Positions 6,747-15,907 of a stretch of 24,000 bases of DNA are shown in pieces. Source of the stretch: Verrucomicrobiota bacterium JB024 (GTDB taxonomy: Bacteria > Verrucomicrobiota > Verrucomicrobiia > Opitutales > Cerasicoccaceae); contig JAUTCS010000092.1 in NCBI GenBank assembly GCA_030673825.1, positions 48,954 to 72,953 on the forward strand, given 5' to 3'. The stretch's first letter is position 1. The number at the start of each line of letters is the position of its first letter. The translations under genes were made by a program, and so were the position numbers. The notes below the pieces were generated by a model, which was not told where the DNA came from, made no database searches, and saw nothing but the letters and a program-made list of their open reading frames with translations.

Positions 6747-8022
6747 CTTTAAAGGCCTCCACCGCGTCCAGCAGGCGGGTGGGGATCATGCCCTGGATGA
6801 GCACGCCCTCGTCCTGGGCTTCCTCGGAGCGGACGGCGCCGGCCTGGTGGAGCTTGCCGATGAGGTCGTAGCGGTCGTGGGGGATGAGAAGGGTCATGGC
6901 CTGGCCGAACTCGCGCAGCATCTGCTCGCACTTGTCCAGCAGCAGCTCGAGGCCCTCGCCGGTGTGGGCGCTGATGAAGAGGGCCTTGGGGTGGTCGTGG
7001 CGCAGCTCGATCTCGCGCAGGTCGTCGAGGCCGCGGTCGATCTTGTTAAAGACGGTGATGATGTTCTTGGTGTCCGCGCCGAGCTCCTTGAGCACGTCGA
7101 GAGTGGTCTTGAAGTGCGCCTCGGCTTCCGGGCTGGTGGCGTCCACGACGTGGATGAGGAAGGTGGCCACGAGGGCTTCCTCCAGGGTGGCTTTGAACGC
7201 CTCGACGAGGCGGTGCGGTAAGCGGCGGACGAAGCCGACCGTGTCCGTCACCAGCAGGGGCAGGCCGGAGGGCAGCTCCATGCGGCGGGTGGTTGGGTCG
7301 AGGGTGGCGAACAGCTTGTCGGCGGCGAGAACTTCGGAGCCGGTCAGGCGGTTGAGCAGGGAGGATTTGCCCGCGTTGGTGTAGCCGACGATGGCGGCGG
7401 AGGGGAGGGGGACCTTCATGCGCTGCTTGCGCTGGGTCTCGCGGTGGCGGACGACGTCCTTGAGCTCGTGCTTGAGGCGGGCAATGCGCGTGCGGATGAT
7501 GCGCTGGTCGAGTTCGAGCTGGGTTTCCCCGGCGTCGCGCTGGAGGGCGCCGCCCCCGCGCTGGCGGTCGAGGTGCGTCCAGGCGCGCTTCATGCGCGGG
7601 AGCATGTACTCCAGGCGGGCCAGCTCGACCTGGAGACTGGCTTCCTTCGTCGAGGCGCGGCTGTTAAAGATATCCAGAATGATCTCCTGCCGGTCAATGA
7701 CGAGAACCTTGCCGCTGGCCTCACGCTCCCAGTTGCGCTGCTGGGCGGGTGTGAGCTCCTCGTCGAAAATGATCGAGTCGCACTCCTCCTGCGCGACCTC
7801 TTCGAGGACTTCCTTGACCTTGCCGGTGCCCAGCAGGAACGCCGCCTGCGGTTCGCGGATGCGGACGATCTTGCGGATGCCCACCCCGATGCCGAGGTTG
7901 GAAGCCAGCTCCTCGAGCTCCTCCAGCAGGCTCTCGGCCTCGCCGGATTTCATGCCGGGGCGTTCCACGCCCAGCAGGCAGGCGCGTTTGATCATCGGGT
8001 TCAGGTCGTCGGTATCGATCAT
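6733..8022 (-). CDS. hflX: GTPase HflX
   Basis: G-domain motifs are GYTNAGKSSLLN (G1), DTVGF (G3) and NKID (G4), with an HflX-type N-terminal domain (KRACLLGVERPG...). The start is taken at MIDTDD (ATG 8022-8020). The track's extra 15 aa (MRLCAFAVNPPSFPS, TTG at 8067) is a translation of the inverted-repeat arm. Confidence 0.95.
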   Translation of the reverse strand: MIDTDDLNPMIKRACLLGVERPGMKSGEAESLLEELEELASNLGIGVGIRKIVRIREPQAAFLLGTGKVKEVLEEVAQEECDSIIFDEELTPAQQRNWEREASGKVLVIDRQEIILDIFNSRASTKEASLQVELARLEYMLPRMKRAWTHLDRQRGGGALQRDAGETQLELDQRIIRTRIARLKHELKDVVRHRETQRKQRMKVPLPSAAIVGYTNAGKSSLLNRLTGSEVLAADKLFATLDPTTRRMELPSGLPLLVTDTVGFVRRLPHRLVEAFKATLEEALVATFLIHVVDATSPEAEAHFKTTLDVLKELGADTKNIITVFNKIDRGLDDLREIELRHDHPKALFISAHTGEGLELLLDKCEQMLREFGQAMTLLIPHDRYDLIGKLHQAGAVRSEEAQDEGVLIQGMIPTRLLDAVEAFKVSGA

Positions 8023-8036
8023 GGATGGAAAGGAGG

Positions 8037-8072
8037 GGGGATTAACCGCAAAGGCGCAAAGACGCAAAGGAG
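8037..8072. repeat. Left 36-nt inverted-repeat arm flanking the GxxExxY gene
   Basis: GGGGATTAACCGCAAAGGCGCAAAGACGCAAAGGAG. It contains three tandem 8-mers (CCGCAAAG GCGCAAAG ACGCAAAG). It is identical at 33 of 36 positions to the reverse complement of 8558..8593. Confidence 0.9.
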
Positions 8073-8107
8073 AATGTTGACGCAGTTGAAGAACGGGTTG
8101 GGTCGTG

Positions 8108-8500
8108 TTAGCGGCTTAGGACGACACGTCGGATGCCATGCTTGATTAACGGGGTGTTGAAGTTGATCAGAAGACCGAGTTGGTTGCCGGTTAATTTCAG
8201 ATAAGTGAGCAATTGGGCCTGATGAAGCGGTGTCAACTCCTCGGCTGCTTTGAGTTCAAGGATGACTTTTCTTTCCATCCAGATGTCGAGTCTGAGTCCG
8301 GCGTCCAGTTGTACGCCATCATAGATGACGGGCAGATGGACTTGTGTCTCAAGGCTCAGGTTTTGCTTGGAAAGTTCATGGGCCAGGCACTTCTCATAGA
8401 CCGATTCCAGCAAGCCGGGGCCGAGTGCACTATGCACTCTGAAGGCGCAATCAACGGCCATTTTAGCCAAGGAGTTTTCAATCCCCAGGAGCGTTTCCAT
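8108..8500 (-). CDS. GxxExxY family protein (PD-(D/E)XK nuclease-like superfamily)
   Basis: 130 aa. It has the signature GPGLLESVYEKCLAHEL (G-x-x-E-x-x-Y), plus D...ELK (LRLDIWMERKVILELKA) resembling a PD-(D/E)XK core. The C-terminal LGLLINFN is typical of the family as I remember it. Confidence 0.9.
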   Translation of the reverse strand: METLLGIENSLAKMAVDCAFRVHSALGPGLLESVYEKCLAHELSKQNLSLETQVHLPVIYDGVQLDAGLRLDIWMERKVILELKAAEELTPLHQAQLLTYLKLTGNQLGLLINFNTPLIKHGIRRVVLSR

Positions 8501-8557
8501 TTATTCCTACTACAAAGACCGAAAGCACAGAGGCGGTAAAGCCAGAAGTCGACTACC

Positions 8558-8593
8558 CTCCTTTGCGCCTTTGTGTCTTTGCGGTTAATCCCC
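8558..8593. repeat. Right 36-nt inverted-repeat arm flanking the GxxExxY gene
   Basis: CTCCTTTGCGCCTTTGTGTCTTTGCGGTTAATCCCC. Its reverse complement GGGGATTAACCGCAAAGACACAAAGGCGCAAAGGAG matches the left arm, with a 17-nt perfect outer block and 3 mismatches overall. Degenerate CAAAG-type 8-mers also occur at about 8511..8541. Confidence 0.9.
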
Positions 8594-8626
8594 AAACAAA
8601 AAAGCCCCGGCGCGAGGCCGGGGCTT
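8594..8626 (-). terminator. Rho-independent terminator of ppdK
   Basis: The minus strand reads AGCCCCGGC-CTCGC-GCCGGGGCT followed by TTTTTTGTTT. That is a 9-bp GC-rich stem (8603-8611 / 8617-8625) plus a U-tract, 27 nt after the ppdK stop. Confidence 0.8.
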
Positions 8627-8652
8627 TGAAAGGAGGGAACGCGCTTCGCGGG

Positions 8653-11409
<2,757 letters not shown>

Positions 11410-11538
11410 CCTGTATTTGGGTGGTACGGCGGCTAGATCACCGCACGTGGCGTGGTTTTAAGTATTGAACGATGGTAAGGAAACCGCGATAGAAAAAGGT
11501 TTCCAGCTCACCTGTCAACGGAAAGCTGGTGTCTGCCT

Positions 11539-12360
11539 ATGATGGACGAACCCGAGAACGGCGAAGAGCTGACCGAGGAACCGCAAGAGCGGGAGCCCGG
11601 CTCGATGGGACTGCTTGACCACTTGGAGGAGCTGCGCTGGGCTGTGCTCAAGAGCATGAGTGCCGTGCTCGCCGGGATCGTGCTGACGGCTTTTTTCTTC
11701 CCGAGTTTCTTCGCCGTGCTGCGCTATCCGCTGGACCGCGCCGTGGCCAACGAGCCGGAGGGACTCGTCGCCCTGACCACCACGAGCGTGATGGGGGTGT
11801 TCATGGTGATCATCCAGGTCTGCATGATCGGGGGCGTCGCCCTCGGGCTTCCCTTTGTCTTGTACAATTTCGCCCGTTTCGTCGCCCCCGGGCTGACGCA
11901 GCACGAGAAGCGCGTGCTCGTCCCGGCTTGCGGAACCACGCTGATCCTGTTCCTGTTCGGGTGCCTGTTCGCGTACTTTGTGGTGCTGCCGACGGGGCTG
12001 GAGGTGACCTTGTTTCTGAACAAGCAGCTCGGCCTCGGGATTATCTGGACCGCCCAGAGCTACTATAACCTCGTCATCTGGTTGATGATCGGGGTGGGGA
12101 TTGCTTTCGAGTTTCCGCTCGTGCTGGTCATCCTCCAGTACATCGGCGTGGTCACCCCCGGCCAGTTGCGTGAGTACCGTCGCGTGTCGGTCGTGGTGAT
12201 CCTGGTCGCCGCCGCGCTCATTACCCCCGGGGGGGACCCGGTGACGATGCTCATGCTCGCCAGTGTGCTCTACCTGTTTTTCGAGGCGGCGATCCTCGTG
12301 GGAGACCGGCTGGTGAAAAAACGCGAGGCCGAGACCGACGAGTATCTGGACGAGGAATGA
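11539..12360 (+). CDS. tatC: Twin-arginine translocase subunit TatC
   Basis: 273 aa with MGLLDHLEELRWAVLKS and a 6-TM TatC-like profile. An acidic N-terminal 22 aa precedes the conserved block, so the start could alternatively be the internal Met (MGLLDH). Confidence 0.9.
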   Translation: MMDEPENGEELTEEPQEREPGSMGLLDHLEELRWAVLKSMSAVLAGIVLTAFFFPSFFAVLRYPLDRAVANEPEGLVALTTTSVMGVFMVIIQVCMIGGVALGLPFVLYNFARFVAPGLTQHEKRVLVPACGTTLILFLFGCLFAYFVVLPTGLEVTLFLNKQLGLGIIWTAQSYYNLVIWLMIGVGIAFEFPLVLVILQYIGVVTPGQLREYRRVSVVVILVAAALITPGGDPVTMLMLASVLYLFFEAAILVGDRLVKKREAETDEYLDEE

Positions 12361-12472
12361 TCTCTGTGCGCAATATTTTTCGGTAGGAGGATGGAGACGC
12401 CCTCGGGTGTGGCGAGAAACAGCGGCATTTTCGTTGAAAAAATGGGATTTCAGCGTTATTTTTTAAATAAAG

Positions 12473-12502
12473 TTGAAACCGTTAGCCCTTTTGGACGATA
12501 AA
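12473..12502 (+). promoter_or_regulatory. Possible promoter for the 12571 gene (TTGAAA - 18 nt - GATAAA)
   Basis: An AT-rich patch sits in an otherwise GC-rich intergenic region. TTGAAA is at 12473-12478 and GATAAA at 12497-12502, about 70 nt upstream of the ATG. This is pattern match only. Confidence 0.2.
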
Positions 12503-12570
12503 TAGCTCTACCGGGTCGATCTCCTATCTTGATCCGGGGGTTGATTAGTCTATCGAACACCACAATATCC

Positions 12571-13329
12571 ATGAAGCGTTTCTCTTCGCTCTCCAGCCGC
12601 CTCGGCAAGCTTGCCCTTGCCTCGGCCGCGCTTATCGGCCTCACGGCGATCGCCTCGGCCACGCCGGTTTCGTTCACGTTCGACAGCTTCACGCACTCCA
12701 AGACGCTCGGGGGTAGCCTCAACGGTGAGACGATCTCGAACCTTTACGTGGGCAACATCAATGTCACGTTCACGGACAGCACCAGCAATGCAAGCGTGGT
12801 GGCCTACTGCATGGAAATTTCCCAGTCGATCAACATCGGCCAGAGCTACGACTATGACGCGGTCAGCCTGACCAGCGCCGGCCTCAGCGATACGCAGGCG
12901 CGGCTCGTTGGCATTTTGTACGACCTGTATTACGCGGGCGACACTACTCAGGACTGGAACTCCGTCAACACCGGTGCTTTTCAGCTCGCCCTTTGGGAGC
13001 TGACCCACGACGACGACGGCAGCCTGCGGTCCGAGAGCGGTAACTTTTACATTGATCCGGGCTCTAACACCAAGCACGTGGCCGACGTGGCTGACGACTA
13101 CCTGGCGAGCGTTTACGCTCAGGCCGCGGACAGCAGCTACTCTCCGTATTCGCAGCTGGTGTCGCTGACCAACCCGTACAATCAGGACCTGATCGTGCTG
13201 GCCTCGCTGGTCCCCGGCTACGAGGGCGGACAGCCCGTCGCCATTCCCTTTGGCGTCAATCCGCTCCCGGGCTTGGCCCTCGTCGGCCTGTTTGGCTGGC
13301 GTCGCCTGCGCAGGCGGGTGAATGTGTAG
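12571..13329 (+). CDS. Secreted surface protein with thioester-domain-like Cys/Gln motifs and a PEP-CTERM-class (NPLP variant) C-terminal sorting signal
   Basis: The start is taken at MKRFSS (ATG 12571), with signal peptide ...LIGLTAIASA/TP. The motifs are AYCME (Cys80, nt 12808-12810) and AFQLALWELTHDDD (Gln138, nt 12982-12984). The C-terminus is GVNPLPGLALVGLFGWRRLRRRVNV: a Pro motif, a hydrophobic helix and an Arg cluster. Confidence 0.85.
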   Translation: MKRFSSLSSRLGKLALASAALIGLTAIASATPVSFTFDSFTHSKTLGGSLNGETISNLYVGNINVTFTDSTSNASVVAYCMEISQSINIGQSYDYDAVSLTSAGLSDTQARLVGILYDLYYAGDTTQDWNSVNTGAFQLALWELTHDDDGSLRSESGNFYIDPGSNTKHVADVADDYLASVYAQAADSSYSPYSQLVSLTNPYNQDLIVLASLVPGYEGGQPVAIPFGVNPLPGLALVGLFGWRRLRRRVNV

Positions 13330-13383
13330 TGGCCCGCTCGGCCCATGCTGCCGGGCCCGGATTTCCACTTCTGACTATTTTCG

Positions 13384-13410
13384 ACCTCCCGCTTGTCGGG
13401 AGGTTTTTTA
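13384..13410 (+). terminator. Rho-independent terminator of the 12571..13329 gene
   Basis: CCTCCCG-CTTGT-CGGGAGG followed by TTTTTTATT. The stem is 13384-13390 / 13396-13402. Confidence 0.8.
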
Positions 13411-13466
13411 TTGATTGCCGGTCCCCCCTGCGAGTGGCCGAGCCGGTCAACTTTTGGCATCCGGGC

Positions 13467-13504
13467 AAAAAAAGGGGGAGTCCGTCTCTCACCCCGGACT
13501 CCCC
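13467..13504 (-). terminator. Rho-independent terminator of the PAS gene (convergent with the previous terminator)
   Basis: The minus strand reads GGGGAGTCCG-(10-nt loop)-CGGACTCCCC followed by CTTTTTTTG. The stem is 13495-13504 / 13475-13484 and the A-run on the + strand is 13467-13473. Confidence 0.75.
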
Positions 13505-13568
13505 ACGCCGGCACTAAATGGCCGGTTAATCCCCTAATCTATTCTCTCTGTCTATACCTCAAAAAGCT

Positions 13569-14069
13569 TCATGACGAAACTTCTAGGAGGGATAAAAGTA
13601 CATAACGGCCGACCCGGGTCTCAACCGGACGGGCGTTGATATGGTAATTACGTATCACTTGCTGGCTGCCATTCACTATACGAAGTTTGCAATCGTCACG
13701 AGTTTCTTCGCCGTCGAAGGCCCGGTCCACCGTCGTGCTCACGGCACACTTGTCGCAGCCGGGGGCGGTACCGCATCCGGTGCGGCGGAGGGTGGAGGAC
13801 TGGCAGCCGAGCAGCTCGCCGATGCGCAGGCCCACGAACAGGTTGTCGTTGGCCATATCGAGCAGGCCGCTAAAGGTGCGGTTGGCGAAAACGACCTGGC
13901 GGTGGCGATTGAGAATCGCCCATGCGCCGGGCATCACTTCGATCACGCGGCGCAGATGCGAAAGCCGCTCGATCCGCGAGGCTTCCTGGCGGATCGACTC
14001 CTTCGAGCAGCGCACCGGAGAGGTGCGTCTCTTGGAGAATGTTGAGCGGGTTGTTGCAACCGTTGCCAT
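13569..14069 (-). CDS. Stand-alone PAS-like sensor domain protein with a C-x9-C-x5-C-x2-C insert
   Basis: 166 aa with an ATG start. The PAS N-cap and core pattern is LRRVIEVMPGAWAILNRHRQVVFANRTFSGLL. The Cys cluster GCQSSTLRRTGCGTAPGCDKC (Cys89/99/105/108, nt 13746..13805) lies within the fold. No output domain is present. Confidence 0.75.
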   Translation of the reverse strand: MATVATTRSTFSKRRTSPVRCSKESIRQEASRIERLSHLRRVIEVMPGAWAILNRHRQVVFANRTFSGLLDMANDNLFVGLRIGELLGCQSSTLRRTGCGTAPGCDKCAVSTTVDRAFDGEETRDDCKLRIVNGSQQVIRNYHINARPVETRVGRYVLLSLLEVSS

Positions 14070-14297
14070 GTTGTCGTGACATTAGTCACACTCATGACGG
14101 AATCAATAAAAGATTAGCAGATTTGTATGTTGCATGGGCACAAATTAGGGAACCTGATTGTTTCAAAAAGGTTATCTTTCCTAATGGCCGGGGAGCAAAC
14201 GGGGCTATGGTTGGGGTCAATACCCCCGGATGACTGATTCCTTCTGGCTTGGGGACGTGAAGCGACCATAGGAGCGCTTCGTCGCAGATGGACGGGC

Positions 14298-14324
14298 ATA
14301 AAAAATCCGCCCGGGGGGCGGATT
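14298..14324 (-). terminator. Rho-independent terminator of the small membrane protein gene
   Basis: The minus strand reads AATCCGCCC-CCC-GGGCGGATT followed by TTTTATG. The stem is 14316-14324 / 14304-14312, about 40 nt after the stop at 14366. Confidence 0.8.
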
Positions 14325-14365
14325 AGTTAAAATAATACAGTATGGGGATTCGTAGCCTGAATGGC

Positions 14366-14614
14366 TTAGCTTTTCTGCTTCCGACGGCGCAGTTGGTCCA
14401 CCAGGGTGACACGGAACAGGCACAAGGCCAGCCAGCTGAAACCGCCCATCACGACGGAGCAGTAACCGGAGAAGATCATCTTCCAGGTCGGGTCGTAGAT
14501 CGGCACGTGCGACGGGATGATCACGAACATGAAGACGAGAAACACGCAGAAGGCGATCGCCACATCGACGAGCGCGCCTAAAACGCCAACCAGCTTCCGG
14601 TTTTCAACTTCCAT
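14366..14614 (-). CDS. Small (82 aa) two-TM membrane protein, hypothetical
   Basis: ATG start. The two hydrophobic helices are LVGVLGALVDVAIAFCVFLVFMFVII and IFSGYCSVVMGGFSWLALCLF. It has a basic C-terminus RRRKQKS and its own terminator. Confidence 0.6.
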   Translation of the reverse strand: MEVENRKLVGVLGALVDVAIAFCVFLVFMFVIIPSHVPIYDPTWKMIFSGYCSVVMGGFSWLALCLFRVTLVDQLRRRKQKS

Positions 14615-14719
14615 GCCCCTAACGTGGATGAACCGAGCGCCACAGTCAAAATAAATTTATAGGCATGATTACGGTTGCTTGGGCACGGGGGCGGGGTTTC
14701 CGCCCAGCTGACGTGGCTA

Positions 14720-14766
14720 CGAAAACGGAAACGCCCCGCCCGCCTCCGGGGAGGCGCGACGGGGCG
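14720..14766 (-). terminator. Probable intrinsic terminator of the SGNH hydrolase gene (composite GC-rich hairpin plus interrupted U-tract)
   Basis: The minus strand reads CGCCCCG-TCG-CGCCTCC-CC-GGAGGCG-GG-CGGGGCG followed by TTTCCGTTTTCG. The outer stem is 14760-14766 / 14732-14738 and the inner stem 14750-14756 / 14741-14747. It starts 46 nt after the stop. Confidence 0.5.
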
Positions 14767-14811
14767 AAAAGCTCGCGGTTTCAGTGATTGAGGCCGTATT
14801 TGCGTACTAAC

Positions 14812-15444
14812 TTAATGACACAGGCCGACGCAGCGCAGCCACTGGCGGGACATCAAGGCGTGTCCGGCGGGGGTGGGATGGACGCCGTCCGCCGCCCAGG
14901 TGGCGGGGCCGTGCTGGATCGCCTGCGCGGCGAACATGCCGTCGAAGGGCACATAGACCGCTTTAAACTCCTCGGCGAGGGCGCGGGCGACCTGGATTTT
15001 CGGATCGAGGTCTTCGCGCCAGGCCTGACGGTCGGCGGGGTGGCGCAGGACAAAGGGCTCGCAGATGATGAGCTTGATTCCTGCGGCGACGCTGCGGGTG
15101 AGGATGTCGCGGTAGTGCTTTTCGTAGGCCTCGGTGGAGGTCGGGTCGTTGCTGTCGAAGCGGCGCCAAGTGTCGTTGATCCCGATGAGGATGGAGACCC
15201 AGTCCGGCTTGAGGTCGAGGCAGTCCTGCTGCCAGCGGTCGGAGAGGTCGGCGGCGCGGTTGCCGCTGATCCCGCGGTTGAGGAAGGTCAGTTTCAGGTC
15301 CGGGCGAGCTGCGCCCAGCGCGGCGGCAGTCAGGTGGGCGTAGCCTCTGCCCGTGTTGTCAGGATACGCCCGGTTGCGGTCGCAGTCGGTGATGCTGTCC
15401 CCCTGAAAAAGGATCGTTTGTCCACGTTCGAAAATCAGACTCAT
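14812..15444 (-). CDS. SGNH/GDSL-family hydrolase (esterase/lipase-like)
   Basis: The start is taken at MSLIFERG (ATG 15444-15442). All four SGNH blocks are present: FQGDSITD, RGISGNRA, IGINDT and DGVHPTPAGH. The track's 262-aa version has a non-homologous extension. Confidence 0.9.
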   Translation of the reverse strand: MSLIFERGQTILFQGDSITDCDRNRAYPDNTGRGYAHLTAAALGAARPDLKLTFLNRGISGNRAADLSDRWQQDCLDLKPDWVSILIGINDTWRRFDSNDPTSTEAYEKHYRDILTRSVAAGIKLIICEPFVLRHPADRQAWREDLDPKIQVARALAEEFKAVYVPFDGMFAAQAIQHGPATWAADGVHPTPAGHALMSRQWLRCVGLCH

Positions 15445-15617
15445 AAGCCGCCAATTCTGTATCAGTGCCGCTTCTTTGAAAAGCGGAAAGCGTGGGTTTT
15501 TCTCTGGGGGGAGCCTGTCCCGCTGCTGAAAATCGCTTGCCGGAATGGACAGGGTTGCCGGATAGGGTGGCACCGGTTGTGCTTCCCCTGCTATGCGCAA
15601 TTTTTAACCTTTTGAAT

Positions 15618-15875
15618 ATGGGAGCTGGCGAAACACAGATCCACGGCCACGCCGCGATGGACATGATGATGGCGGCGGATAAGCCCTATACGCGCGAGAC
15701 GCTACGGGCGGACATTGTGGCACGCTTTGGCGAGGACGCGCTGTTCTACACCTGCTCGGCCAGTGGGCTGAGCGTGGACGGGCTGATCGACTTTCTCGCC
15801 GGTCATGGCAAGTTCAGCGGCGGCTCTGAGGCATTTCGGATCGATCCGGCCAGCCGTTGTGCCGACGACGAGTAG
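15618..15875 (+). CDS. yecH: YecH-like putative metal-binding protein (DUF2492 family)
   Basis: The start is taken at MGAGETQIHGH (ATG 15618). The 85-aa product, IHGHAAMDMMMAADKPYTRETLRADIVARFGEDALFYTCSASGLSVDGLIDFLAGHGKF, resembles E. coli YecH as I recall it (IHGHEV...ARFHTCSAEG...KGKF). Confidence 0.8.
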   Translation: MGAGETQIHGHAAMDMMMAADKPYTRETLRADIVARFGEDALFYTCSASGLSVDGLIDFLAGHGKFSGGSEAFRIDPASRCADDE

Positions 15876-15907
15876 CCGGCAGCGTTTGGTATTAACCTGA
15901 ATAGGCC

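Larger units (their letters stand above)
8037..8593. mobile_element. Putative IR-bounded cassette (MITE-like or IVS-like) carrying a single GxxExxY gene
   Basis: 36-nt terminal inverted repeats enclose 485 bp with one 130-aa ORF. A hand-counted sample inside is 48% GC. The cassette is wedged between the ppdK terminator and the hflX start. No transposase and no clear target-site duplication are seen, so mobility is inferred. Confidence 0.4.

Noticed and set aside
8023-8067. Extension of hflX to TTG 8067, and ORF 8356..8595, which begins MGINRKDTKAQRR
   Set aside because: Both are translations of the inverted-repeat arms. The same peptide-like strings appear on both sides in opposite orientation, so the similarity is at the DNA-repeat level and does not reflect coding.
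8037-8593. Possible CRISPR-like array, because of the tandem 8-mers CCGCAAAG/GCGCAAAG/ACGCAAAG
   Set aside because: The units are only 8 nt, directly abutting with no spacers, and present as two inverted copies. This is a terminal inverted repeat with internal micro-repeats, not a CRISPR array.
14080-14297. Possible small RNA or small ORF in the 220-nt AT-richer gap upstream of the PAS gene (track ORFs 13922..14233, 14114..14299, 14217..14423)
   Set aside because: The ORFs lack coding-like composition and overlap each other. The only strong hairpin here (14304-14324) is oriented as the terminator of the 82-aa gene. The region is most simply the PAS gene promoter and leader.
15445-15617. Possible riboswitch or leader upstream of the yecH-like gene (hairpins CCGCTT...AAGCGG and CCTGTCC...GGACAGG)
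   Set aside because: The stems are short with long loops and match no riboswitch class I can recognise. The region is a divergent promoter region where such chance pairings are expected.
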